Source: Phoronis australis
Taxonomy: Eukaryota; Animalia; Phoronida
Assembly: GCA_002633005.1 (NCBI GenBank)
Contig: NMRA01000332.1
Location: 259,121-323,120 of the forward strand
Length of the DNA: 64,000 nucleotides
Direction: 5' to 3'
Made by a program: the position numbers and the translations under genes. A model generated the notes under the pieces. That model saw only the letters and a list, made by a program, of their open reading frames with translations. It was not told where the DNA came from and ran no database searches. This document shows, in pieces, positions 1 through 12,736 of this stretch. Position 1 is the stretch's first letter. Each line of letters starts with the position of its first letter.

Positions 1-949
1 AATTGTTGTGTCACCATTTGCCGGTGTTCTAGACATCAAGGGGATTACAATTGCGCTCCGCTGTCATGGCTGGGAAATCCATGTCATTTTGACCTATTAT
101 TTTTGGCCTATACTGTACTTTATGAGGAGTTGTGCTGTACAAGACCATGAACAAAACTGCAGCATGGGTGATAATCATAATGTTGTGAGCCATTTCTTTT
201 TTCGGATTTCATAAGCATTGGTTAAGCATTGAAATTGGGTGTGATTTGACTGTAGCATGAGGTAGGACAGCTTAGCATTTACAGGTTTGGTCAGATAGTC
301 ACGCTGGTGTAGTGGAACTCAATACCGGATCAACCTGCCACCTGCAGAGGTGTTAATCATACAGTTATGTCTAATTTGGAGTTATGCGGAAGATGACAAA
401 TTATGCGTATAGGTTTATCAATTTCTGTTTCTGTCACACACCAGTCATCTGGTCACATAGACAGTTGCGCTGTGTTAAGATGGAACAAATTTGCCCCACT
501 ACAGCAAGTTGATTTAGATCAAAGTGTGGTCATGTGGTCAGTTGTTCTGTGGTAAGTTGATCGCATGTCGAGAAACTAATGCAAGTGCCGGTCGCACTGC
601 AGCTAAATCACTCCTTCACAGCATGGGTTACTTAAAATGCTTTTTTGGTTTGTGTTTTCCATTTTATTCAACTGTGCCTCTAAATTCCAGCTGTGATACC
701 AGGACCACCAAATACCAATCCTGAAATATAAAGCTTCTGACCTGTGCCCCTAAACTCCTTATGCTGGTGGTGAAAATGCTCTTTACATGGGCATAAAGCT
801 TCAGTACTGGTATTCAAATTGAGGTTTGGGGCTCGAATTCCAAACGCAATCCTCTCTTACTTGAGATCTGTTAATGGTATTGGCTTTGTTTAGAAATTAT
901 TTTGCTGCACATGTGACATGCTGGTTTAAATTTTATTTGAATTTTTTAG

Positions 950-3900
950 AGTTGCTGTCCATTCCTGAGAAGTTAGCTAATGAAGTCTCTGGAAGTTGTG
1001 AGGTAAACTGAACTTTACTTCAAGGGTATGTAAAGCAGCAGTCGCACTTGCACTTTCATTCATGTTCTAATGCCCTGTTCTCACTATTGTTGCAGAACTG
1101 TTTAATATGTATCTAGCCTTCTTCTGACCCTCTAAGTGTTGCCACAAGTTGATGAAGCTGTCTAAAGTTGGATTGTTATAACTTAAGCACAATAAGACTG
1201 TGTATTTGGCTGCCTCATTTGGTGTAATGTTTCACTTTCTATTTGTCGCTTACTCTCATTCCTGTTTGCAGAATACTTTAGATGAAGAGCTGTTGGAATG
1301 TTTATATTGGAGGCGAGGGGCCTTGCTCTATATGTACTGTTGTACTTTAACTCAAGATGGGTTGGACTCTATAGGCAACAAAGCACAATTTTCAAATGTA
1401 AGTAACCACTGAATTCAGGTGCGTCACAGCGTCAGTCTGGGTGTCTGTGTTGACCATTCACGAACCTGTCCTTCTGCAGTTGTTAAATATTTTTCAACTA
1501 CCTCAGAATTGCACTTACTCTGTTTTGATGTATGCCCACATTGTCATGAAGCCTATCCACAGTTGTGACCCGGTGTTCCCAAAACAATGAAATAGAAGAT
1601 AACTGGTTGTCATTACAATTTTATTTGCACTATTGAGCTGCAGTGGCCATGTGCTAAAAGGTTAATAGTTACTTATAATAGCAATTTCACTGACTTTCTT
1701 TATCATAACACAATTGAACATTTGCTATTAATAATGGTTGTTTATAGTGATTGAAATATATCGATCAAAGTTTGATTTTTAATACTATAGCACTTATTAA
1801 TAGATATTATGTTTCTTGTGATCTCATTTTTGGTGGATGGATGCAAGTAACATTTAAACTTGCAGTCCAAGACTTTACATGGGAACCAGTCACACATACG
1901 AATCCCTGCTCAAACCACTGAATAGTACGACGAACCACATCATATGTACCAACCACAGAATTAAGTAACTTTCTTTCACATGGTGTATACCAACAAGTCG
2001 GTGATGGTACGTCTGTTTTATGCTCAAACAATTAGTACTTGCCTTTTCTTTAATGTTTGAGTGTAGGACGTGGCTTGTTCATGTGACACGTTTCCAGCAT
2101 GTGACTCAAAGTTCGCCCACACCATTGTCTGGTACCCTTGTGACTTTACGATGTCTTTTCCCCTCAGTTCCTTGCTGATGGCGTTGACTACATTCAGAGG
2201 ATGTTGGCTGTGAGACAAGACCACGATGTGGACAGTTTTAGCTCAAAAGCAGCAGATTCACTAGAGCTGGTCACACAAGGTGCCGTCTCTCTGATTTTGT
2301 TGTTACACCTTGATATTGACTGGATTGTTCATATTTTCAATACTCTTTGACTGGATTGTTCATATTTTCAATACTCTTTGACTGGATTGTTCATATTTTC
2401 AATACTCTATTGTCCACAATTATTTACATTTTCATCTCTTTACACATGATTCTGTCACTACACGTTGGCATTATCTACAATTATTTATATTTTTAAAATG
2501 GCACAAAATGCACATTTGGGAAGGTCTTATGGCTAAGGGCTGTTCCAGCAAAAATGTATGGGAGAGGGGGAAGGCACTTTTATTTTGTACCCACCACCCA
2601 TATTTTTCATTTATTTCTCCAACCCACGACCCATAATTTTTTAATTTATAGGACTGGTTAAAATATAAAATCCAACACTTGCAGACAAATTGCCTCCAGG
2701 ATGACCTGTTAAGAACTTACTAGATGATCGACTGATAAGAACTAGTAACTGTTGTCTTGTCCAATATTGTCAAAAACTAAAGTAGCCAAGAGGGTTGTCG
2801 AATCAAAACGAAAACGACTTCTGTCAATGCATTCATCCCTACTATATATTTTTGTGCAGAAATTGACTGGCGCTGGCACATTCTTGCGATATTCTTCTAT
2901 TTCGAATTTCATCGTGATCAATGAAGCAGTTTTTGAGATAATCAACATACAAGGAATGGCTTGTCGAAAACTAAAGCGGCCAACATGGAGTACCAAGGTA
3001 ACCAAATCTGCCTGAAAATTGACTGGTGCAGGCGCATCCTTGTCAAGTACCTCTATACCAAATTTCATCATGATCAGCCAAGCGGTTCATGAGATAATTG
3101 AACAAGAATTATAATTAACAGACGGACCGACCACAAAGTTTTTGTGGGTGCAGAAATATTCCGTGTTAGAATCACAACTCATATCAGTTAAAACTTGCTT
3201 TTCAGACACTCGTGAGCAATAATTTTGGCAGCCACCACGTGTCTGTTCACCATGTGTGTAATTTCAATAAGATTTTTTCATTTTCATGGATCTATGAATC
3301 TCAAACTGTCTCCACAAACACTTTTAGATTGCTATTTCAAGGGAATATTGGAACTTGTCTGTCTTACTCCTCATATTTTTATTTAAAAATCATCAGTTTT
3401 CTTATATTTGTTAACACCAGTTTAGTGTTGCAGAAATTTTCATTCTAATATGACTGCAGTACGACATGGGCTTGTAATTAAGTTGCCCTTGACCTGGTTA
3501 ATGGCATAGTGTACATACATGTACACTAGCAACATGGGCTTGTTTTTTGTTTTGGTATATTTTTGGGTACATTATATTTGCCAAGTGAATTTTTAGTGAG
3601 TTTTGATTTCTTTTGAGATGTGTTTGGCTGAAAATACCAACCTGTAAACATTTACAGGTCAAAAAATACCACCAGGTGTCAATGATTTGCTTCTTACAAG
3701 GATCACCACCCATAGTTTGAGTTTTTTTCCGAAAACCACCAACCATGACTTTTTATTTTAACTGCATCTCCCCTCCCATACAGATTTTGCTGGAACAGCC
3801 CTAACACATTTCTGTGGACAGCCACATGATATTATAAGAGTTTACTTTTGTTTAGTTCACTCCATTAAAGGTTAGATGTATTTAAATGCCAGAAAACCCA

Positions 3901-4389
3901 GTTTTAAGCCTTTTTAGTGAATTCCATCAGCTTTAGCGATGTGAAATACAGTTGTGTTTCCTGACATCTGATGACAGAGGTTTTTGATCAAATAATTAGC
4001 TAGGTTTGACCAAGCTTGATGTTATGTCATCTCTGATATTTTTTATTATGCTTGTTTCCTTGCTTGGATATCGCCACTGCATGTGATACAATATGAACTG
4101 TTTTCATCTTTGTAGTACCATTTTAAGGCTACAGTATAGTGCTCTTGAAAAATATGGCGTGTTGTACATTACAGGTATATACTCTGATACTCATGTGTTG
4201 GCGCTGATGTATGGTGCTGAGCTCTGTTTTTGGTTTCATCACGTAAATGGCGACGATACCTCTAAGCTGGAATCAAAGGCGATTGGGCGGGACTTAGTTA
4301 AAAAGTTCCTTAAGATAGTCGAAGGACCTTTAAGAACTCATCAATGGAATACAGCAAGGGCCAAAGAAATTTTACAAGAGCTATCATGA
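950..4389 (+). CDS. RIMOC1: RAB7A-interacting MON1-CCZ1 complex subunit 1 (C5orf51 homolog), 5'-partial, 4 exons in window
   Basis: Exons 950-1002, 1272-1397, 2168-2279, 4175-4389 with canonical AG/GT ends and consistent phases (1/0/0/1). Peptides ELLECLYWRRGALLYMYC, FLADGVDYIQRML, GIYSDTHVLALMYGAELCFW and VEGPLRTHQWNTARAKEIL match the remembered human C5orf51 motifs (LECLSWRRGALLYMYC, GIFSDIHLLAMMYSGEMCYW, EGPLKEQEWNT). N-terminal exons probably lie upstream of the window. Confidence 0.9.
2317..2408. repeat. 31-bp tandem repeat, about 3 copies
   Basis: ttgactggattgttcatattttcaatactct repeated three times in a RIMOC1 intron. Confidence 0.9.
2537..3801. mobile_element. Non-autonomous PIF/Harbinger DNA transposon in RIMOC1 intron
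   Basis: About 30-bp TIRs (GGGCTGTTCCAGCAAAA..TGTATGGGAG) with TAA on both sides (2534-2536, 3802-3804), the Harbinger-type TSD. Subterminal CCACCACCCAT-like motifs occur near both ends. Confidence 0.8.
2718..3157 (-). mobile_element. Degenerate HINE-like remnant nested in the Harbinger element
   Basis: Two diverged units of about 155 bp (aaattgactgg...aatttcatc..gatca...tgagataat), followed by acagacggac and a small hairpin ccacaaa..ttgtgg. Confidence 0.45.
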
Positions 4390-5648
4390 CATAAACTACG
4401 GTAACTTGAGCAAGGACAGGATGTGACTGTAAAGTTCATTGTTGAAGGACATTGAGTTCTTAAAAGGACTCCTCGACAGGGTATTTCAAAGACTAAAGAC
4501 ATTTTATGGGCCGCTGTTATATGTTGAGTATGTCTCAGCTGTTGATTGACGAGTAGTGATCGAATGCTTACCATGGGCTGCTAAAAGCATACCTCAGAGC
4601 AGAACTTTTACCATTGGTCTTATAATTTTATTACACCTCTAATTATGGGAACTGAGTGTTCTTCATGCCTGGTAAATTTTTGCTGTGTATGTTTTGTGGA
4701 AAATATTTTTATTGTGCAGTCAGTGTTCAGGGGTCAGTGTCAAAGGTTTGATTAATGCCCCCAGATGGGGCTGTGGTTTTGTTTACTGTTCCATAGATAG
4801 CACCATGTCGTCCGAGAGGGTAATAACACATTTCAGCTATAGCCATGCTCTGCTGAAACATGACGTCACTAGATGGTGATACTTTGGTTTCACAAATTCT
4901 CTGCAGCACTTACAATTCACATACATGTATCATGTGGAAGGCAGTGCCATTTTATAGTATTTATTTATTGAGCATACTTATGGCCATAATGGTGTCAAAT
5001 TGTCTCTGCTGTGTAAAGGGATGTTCAAAGAATTTGTGCAAAACAGCCAATGTCCTGAAATTGCATTTCGCTCTTGGGTCAACAAAATGTGAGATTGTAT
5101 CCAGCAGAAGCTGATGGAGAGCTGTATGTTGTGCAACATATCTGACATATTAATATATATTTAATTCTAAATCATGTTATGATGGAGGTGTAAAAAGAAA
5201 ATGCTTGTTATTAATTCTAAATTATGTTGTGAACGTGTTATCAAAAGAAAATGTCTGTTATTAATCATTAAACGTGTATTGTAATTAAATTTACCACTTC
5301 CATTAATGATTCTACAAGCACCACAACATTTTGTCAAGAGTTTCCTCAGAAGTAGTGGAATCCACTATGTAACACTAAAAAAGTGGGTCTATCTGTATGG
5401 ATGCAATCTGACAGGTGGTTGCAGTGGACTCTCATCTACAAATGTTCAAACAATAGCGAACACATTTCTGTTCTCAAAGAGAATGGTTTCTTCACAGCGC
5501 CACTTACTGCTCATGCAGGTATTTATACCCATGTGCCTATATCCAAAATTATAATGCATTTTGAAAAAGAAATTTGTTTACTCAAGTGTTTCGCATATAG
5601 AACAAAGCTTTGTCTAAACTTCGCTTAGGCGTGCAAATCATGCCTTAA

Positions 5649-6153
5649 AGTTATGGGGACCCTCAAAAAATAAAATGTCCAAATTTGGCAAACTTTGGAA
5701 CATCATATCTCAGAAATGGTTGATTGGATTTGTAACAATTACATCATACTTTGTGAACAGTTCTCAAAAACGTTAGGAATAATGCTTTTAAAATTTTCCA
5801 ATGTTGCACGGGGGGCTATCAAAAATAGAAATTTTATACTTTTTATCATAAAAGTCCAAAGCAAAAACGAAATAATAACCTAGATGGCTAGAAAACTCAC
5901 AGCGTTTTTGAGATTTCAATTTGTATATTTTATATCAGTCACGTTATTGAAAACATTGTTTCCCTGTGAATGTACATTAATTTATTTGGCTAAATTTTAC
6001 TAAAAAGACAAGTCACATGATCCAGTTAACATCAGATTGGTGCAAAGTCAAAAATTGAATACTACCACTTTCTGCTTTTAGAAAATGTTGAGTTAATATT
6101 TTTTAGATATTCGCCCAAATACACTAAAGAATTTGATGAGGTTCGATATAACC
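5649..6153. mobile_element. Possible Kolobok-type MITE between RIMOC1 and DPH2 3' ends
   Basis: TTAA|AGTTATG ... TATAACC|TTAA ends (TTAA TSD, short imperfect TIR). Confidence 0.4.
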
Positions 6154-6445
6154 TTAAATTTGGTGTTATCTGTGTACTTTTGATCCTTTTAATACTTTTA
6201 ACTAAACAATTAGTGAGCATTTACCAAAAGCCAAGAATCACTCACATGCATGTAACATTTAAGAAATTTCCTTCAGCTTTGTGTTACTCAAATGTTTCGC
6301 ATATAAGCAAGGAGATACAGTTGCAGCTTCAGGCATGGGTGCGTGGGCCTAGACACATACATACACAATACTAAAATATCAAGTCTCAATACTTTGCATA
6401 ATATACGTCTGCCTCTGCCCACGTCATTTTTAAGACTCGGCATTA

Positions 6446-9400
6446 CTATTGCAGCTCCCCCTCTTGCTCATAAGCAGAAGCTATCCCTTTCCGCCCCTCA
6501 ACAGCATCAGTAACTGTCGTCTCGCCAAGTTTCTGTTCAAGGCCTCGCCAACTTCTGTTGGCTAGGTAATCTACAACAGCCAATCAAATGTAATCTTGGT
6601 TAATACGAAGTGTTTTTTTCTTCAATTATGTGAATACATGATTTTATCGAGCATGCTGTGAAAGCTAAAAATTTGACAGTAAAAACGGATGAAATATGAT
6701 CAGTGTTAAAAGTTCTAACAATAAACATGCATACCCATCCTTACACCAGAGATGATTTCTGGGCATTGTAAGAACTGGGGCTTATTGTCTCACTGAATTC
6801 CAGATTCCGTGAATTACTAGACCCAGCAGGTCACTTTATGCACCAAGCATGGCCTGTCGGTCTGTTCCTTCTACAAATTAGTCACAATAGAGCAAGGAAC
6901 CAGTTTTGTAATTCTGGTAAATTAATCACTTTTGTAAGAAGATGGGCACACAGTTTCAAAACACATTACTCTAATGTGAGACATGCTGCAAAGCCCCACC
7001 TATATATTTCTTGTTAACCCCAACCCTACCCTCATTTCTCCAAGCTGGATAGGTAGGCCAGTGACGTATTTACTTTCTCACATTACACTGTCAGAGAGCA
7101 GTTTATTGGATAAAATATTCTGTTTTTACCTCATAAAAAATAATTCTTTGGTCAGAAAGCAAATAAAATAGTTGAGAGTCCATTGCACATATTTTGGCGC
7201 GTTAAGTAAGGAAAACACTCAATTTCAATTTATTGCTATTTTACCCTAGGTATGCTCATGTCCCTTCAGACTGCTTACCTGCGGCACTCTTGGTTGCTAC
7301 AGCCATATCAGCCCTGTTTGCTACTTCTGTCGTAGATGAGGCGCCACCTTTGTCATCTTCTTCGACTCCTATCGTTCGCAGCTTCCCCGTAACGAGAGAC
7401 ACATCGTAACTCACACCTTGGTTCTCGGCCATAGCACAGTAGTCGGTGCCACCTGCGGGTGAAATGTCAGAGGTAGAACGTAGAAGCAAAGCAATTTGTA
7501 AGTCTATGAAAACGCATTGAATTGCAATACAAACTCAGAACGAACCAAATATCTCCACTACTCTCTTACTATAGAAGACTGTTTCGAATCTGACATACTG
7601 AAACTTGTATGCTTGCATCCTGAAAAGGACAGCATGAAAACGCATCCTTATTTCTTCAAACTAAACTACACTGTGTACAACACATTCAAACTATTAAACA
7701 GTATTTAACTTGCAAATATGATAAATTTCCCCTGCCATGTGCATGTGTCATATCATGAAATGAACTGACTCGAATTGCACTGAATGAAAGCTAAAAGTAA
7801 ACCTTTATTGTCTTAAATGAGGGCTATCATTTGAAAATTTTCCCCGTAATATGATGACGTTCTGAAGAGGAAGGCCGGGTATGCATCCAATTAATATTTG
7901 GTTTCTGTGGATCCGCTCACTGTACTTTTGTTAATTTTCTTTGATCTCATGGGCTTTTCTACAGAAATTTCCAGTAATCTATCTTTCTCTAGAAGCGGCT
8001 ATTTGAGCTCAAAGCTCTCCGTCTGCTGTAGGCCTAAGATATTTAAAGACAATATTAAAGACTCTAAAAAATACTGCACGAGTGTGCACTAAATGTTTAG
8101 ACTTTTTAGACAAACCAATGCAGTCTTTATTATGCATCTGCTTGCACTGTTTATCTCGTGCTGACATCCAGTAAAAACCACAACCTACCTGGCAGGAGTT
8201 GTCTGAAATCTGTAACATAATCTCCCGTCCACATCCGGCTCAAGTTGCATGCGTGTTCCATCTCAAAGGGGGTCACCACAGGCTTTGTGTATTCCTTGGA
8301 GTCCATCAAGGTGTTCTCTGGACATGCTACCAGTACAAACACATCGATTTCCGGAAAGTTGGCCAGTTTTGGAACATTCAGTTTTCCCATTACAAATAGA
8401 TAGAACTTCTTTCCAGCCTTTGTGATAATCTTTTTCAAATGTTCAATCACACTGAGATAGTCAGAGACACCTAGTGTGCCAGCGACGATACCCACAATAT
8501 CTGCATCTTTGGCCCGTTCTATCATATAGTACCGTTTACAGAGAGACCTGTTGATGTCCGTGGTCTCTTGCCTGGCGAGACGAAGCTGAGGATCATATGA
8601 TGAGAATATGCACGCACTATAGTTCATCATAAGGTTAGTCAGAGTTGAACCTTCACTACCAACATAAAATATCTTGTGGTTGGACACTGTTGAACCGTGT
8701 GGAAGAAAAAAGACTCGAGCACACCTTGAGAATTTTGTCTCGGTTTCAGACTGTGACTGCTCTTCGACACTTGAGGAATACAGTAGGGTAGATTTGATAA
8801 CATGGGGATAGGCCTGGTGTAATGCGCCATAGATTTTGTCTGAAATAAGACACTGCATTCAAGAAACTACAGGAACAAGTATAAGCTAACTTACTCAGTG
8901 ACTGTATCTCTCAGAAGTATAATCCAGACATTAAAAAATTATTTGCATACAAACTGCATTTCATGTAGAATTGTTTGCAAACGTATAGAATATAATACCA
9001 GCCAATAGAATAATTGGAATTACTGAGTTTCTTCTCATTTATTCTGAGGTCAAACCACCTTAAGCAGTTTTAAAGCAAACGTTAAAGCTATATTTCGCCC
9101 TAGTTAGCTGGCCAAAAAATTAAAATCGAACTCAGCCTTTTATTCTATTAGGAAATTAGTTTCAAAGTTTTCCTTGCCATGATGGGACTTGTTTTCTGTT
9201 TACCATGAAGAAGATACAAACTCTCAATAGGTCAAGAAACGTGTTGGAAAATTACTGATTTTATTGGGGTTGACCTGAAACTTGAAAATGCCCTGCAGGA
9301 ATTCCATTCAAAAATGAACCTGTCAAGTGACACAACAATGACCATTTCCCAGGATATTTCGCAGATCAACTGTCAGTTTTAACTCTTCAATGGTGAGCTC

Positions 9401-11586
9401 AAAATATGTTTAAAGTGACAGCTAAACAGGGCAAAATGCACTCATGAACTTTAAAAGAAGCGCAGCTATTTCAATTGTCACAATAATTCACAAAATCGTT
9501 AAAAACAGAGTGGTGTAAAAATTGGTAAATAAACACAACACAACAACTGAGGAATTCAAGATTTCCTCAAGCTCACCAAGAGCTATTTCAATGCTTATGA
9601 AGGCTATTGGCAAGAATGACTCTAAGACTCGTCGAGGACAAGACTGACTCAAAGATTCACCAATTAGCTATGTGGAAGACTGAGACAAAGACTTATGGAG
9701 GCTATGCGAAAAACTGACTCAAAGACTCTTAGACTATAGTCAAGACTCAATGAGTCTATGGGCAAGACCAACTCAAACATTTGCCGAGGCTATGGGCAAA
9801 ACTGACCCAAGAACTCACCGAGGCTATGGGTGTAATCCGTATCAGACATGAGGATGACCTTTTCCTCATTGTCCGAGTACAGACGTCTGAACTCTTTGCA
9901 GCAGTGATCTGTGTCTATTTCTTGCGACACAAAGACATACAGAACAGGAAGCCTCCTTGTGGGACTGAGACAGGCGTGACCAAAGTGAACGAGTGAATCA
10001 CAGCAGTCGTGCTCAGCCGCAACCTCATCCACACAACAGCTGAAAGTAAAAAGACAACAAACAGGTTTGTAGACTGTGGTATAATACGAAGTTTCATGCC
10101 TTAGACTTCCACATATAAGCCTAGGGATTACATTTAACTAGTGGTGGGAATCTGAACATTGATCATAAAGCCGACTCAAGGCTCTGTTTGGATTGGTTTT
10201 AATGACATAGTCACTGAGTACTGGCAAAGCTGTTTGCTATAATAGTCAATGAGATCCGATCAAAACATGGAGATTTTGTTTCTCCAGCTAACACATGACG
10301 GTGCCTTATACTACCAAAGATTTGCAAGTGAACGAGGTAACACTGCCCTATTTATTTCATTTTTCTAATTGTTTAGCTGAAGATTTCCTGCAAATAAAAC
10401 GGTAATTCCTTGCTTATTTACCACACAATAAGGCCAAAAGTAACATTCTATTAAACTACTTCACAAATTTAATCTTATTACTACAGTAAGCTCTCTGAAT
10501 TACGACCACTCTTACATTGCGACCATCAAATATTATTCCCCATTTTCAGGTATTTTACTCTCTAGAAAGTACAACCAGTGAAAATTGGCACTCCGAGTCC
10601 TTTCTATTCGAGTACAAAGGGCCAGAAACAGAATTCAGGTAATGCTAGGTCCTTTTAAACTGCCAATGACAGTCAAACGTTGCCAAACGCAACTGCTGGT
10701 ATTTATGAACAGTTGAAAAATGTAATTATTTTGTCATGGTTGTAATCTAGAGAGATTACCGTAGCACAGTTTATACTATCCAGATGTCATAAAACAAAGG
10801 TGAATTTCTACTATTCATAGCAAAGTAACTAGCCATTGAAAATGGGAAATTCCAGTTTTGGTATTTATTTTTATTTAAAAAAATTTAGGGTAGTAATACC
10901 GTATTCAATATATGGGTGGAAGTATACGCGCTAGATTCATGGTGAGTAAACCAACTTGATTCAGAGTTTTGAGAGTAGCTAAACAAACCTGCCATATGAA
11001 GTGTCCCCGAGAATGCAAAGTGAAGTGCCCCCTATCTGCAGCTCAAGAAGTTCAACAACTTGCACAGCATCTGCCAATAGGTGGTCTGGGAACTGGAGAG
11101 CTACCTGTAAAAAGGAACTATAATAACAACTCCATAGAACCATTTGCTTTTAATGCTAAATGCCAGAAAATTTGAGCATGAAAATCATTCATTAGAGAAG
11201 TTGTCTAATCAAAGATTACCAGTTGGCAAATTTGCATGTTCTGTTAGTGTTACCACCAATGAAATGCATCAGTTTAAATCAACACAAGATGCACCTCCCA
11301 ATCACACCGCAAGCGCGGCCATTCTCATTAACAGCATTCCTTTCTCCCAAGCTGTACTTCTTTTTCTCATGCACCACAACCAACACATTTACTTCTCATA
11401 AACACACAAAACTTAAAATGAAATGTAAATTTGTATAAGACTCACTTTTTGAAAATTGTTCTGTAATATCCAATCCGAACATCGGTTAATTTCGTAAGCT
11501 TCCCCAATTGGTCCTCGCCTACAAGTCTGTGTGACATCCAGATGATGGTTAACCACACAATCGCCAGAGAAAAAAGCTGACGTCAT
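6446..11586 (-). CDS. DPH2: Diphthamide biosynthesis protein 2 (2-(3-amino-3-carboxypropyl)histidine synthase subunit 2), 6 coding exons, about 475 aa
   Basis: Exons 11586-11446, 11104-10989, 10039-9819, 8839-8189, 7452-7279, 6570-6446; all GT-AG, phases consistent, 1428 nt in total. Motifs [87 protein letters not shown], and the DPH2-type C-terminus [24 protein letters not shown]. Confidence 0.95.
9565..9830. repeat. Degenerate minisatellite (about 34-bp unit) overlapping the DPH2 exon 3 splice donor
   Basis: About 6-7 decaying copies of (a)ctcaccgaggctatgggcaaaactgacccaag, the last of which is the real exon end. Confidence 0.7.
10484..10761. mobile_element. Tc1/mariner (pogo/Tigger-like) MITE in a DPH2 intron
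   Basis: TA|CAGTAAGCTCTCTGAATTACGACC ... GGTTGTAATCTAGAGAGATTACCG|TA: imperfect 24-bp TIRs with TA TSD. Confidence 0.7.
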
Positions 11587-12237
11587 AGTTATTGTTAAAA
11601 TTCCACAATCATATCCTGTTGGTAGAAATTAGTAATTAGTAATTAATTTATCAACATAGGGTCAAACATTAAACTTCATTAAAGACATGCAAGTGTTCAG
11701 TAATTGGACAGTAAAAATCATAACTTTCAAAAATTTCTAAACATAGACATAATAACGGCCTACTTGTGGTTATTAGATCAGATGGGAGTAAGAGGTTCTC
11801 AAATCANACAACCAACACATTTACTTCTCATAAACACACAAAACTTAAAATGAAATGTAAATTTGTATAAGACTCACTTTTTCAAAATTGTTCTGTAATA
11901 TCCAATCCGAACATCGGTTAATTTCGTAAGCTTCCCCAATTGGTCCTCGCCTACAAGTCTGTGAGACATCCAGATGATGGTTAACCACACAATCGCCAGA
12001 GAAAAAAGCTGACGTCATAGTTATTGTTAAAATTCCACAATCATATCCTGTTGGTAGAAATTAGTAATTAGTAATTAATTTATCAACGTAGGGTCAAACA
12101 TTAAACTTCATTAAAGACATGCAAGTGTTCAGTAATTGGACAGTAAAAATCATAACTTTCAAAATTTCTAAACATAGACATAATAACGGCCTACTTGTGG
12201 TTATTAGATCAGATGGGAGTAAGAGGTTCTCAAATCA
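11376..12237. repeat. 431-bp near-identical tandem duplication containing DPH2 coding exon 1 (probable uncollapsed alleles)
   Basis: 11376-11806 vs 11808-12237, joined by a single N at 11807; 3 substitutions and 1 indel seen. Second exon copy at 12018-11878. Confidence 0.85.
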
Positions 12238-12621
12238 GGGACACGTGTACTTCACTAGTAGTAGTATTATCACTATACTCCAAGCTTTGCATAGTATTGT
12301 TACATCAGATAAGCTGCAGTCTGTTACGGCACACAAAAACACAGTGTTCTTCTACCACAGGCACCTTAAATCAGCCCTCGACGATATACTATAACATATC
12401 GTCGCGGGCTAATTAAAGCAAAGGTGCTCGTGTTCTACTCTTCTAATGTAATTCTGTTCTAAATGACGTCTAGATAATTTAGGTAGCAATGGCAGGATTA
12501 CCAATTCATTTTATACCAAGCCAATGGCAATGTCGCCTGACACGATGCTATCATAAGGTTTTTATCGCGTCAAGAGGCTGATAAGAGATCTACATGTATC
12601 AACATATTACTGTATGCTTAC

Positions 12622-12660
12622 ATCGAACATTCTTCATGGAGGCCGCCATCTTGTCGACTG
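12622..12660 (-). promoter_or_regulatory. Probable DPH2 leader exon with YY1-type motif and upstream ATG
   Basis: CAAGATGGCGGCC (YY1 consensus) followed by donor T|gtaagc in a locally CpG-rich patch upstream of coding exon 1. Confidence 0.55.
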
Positions 12661-12736
12661 GTCTGCCACCTGTCGAAAGAATAATGATGCGCCATCGTAT
12701 TTCCGGGACGTCTGTCCAGGGACGCCGGGCACTAGC

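Noticed and set aside
3206-3345. Possible RIMOC1 exon (TNTFRLLFQG)
   Set aside because: No GT donor and it lies inside a transposon; the exon at 2168-2279 fits phase and homology.
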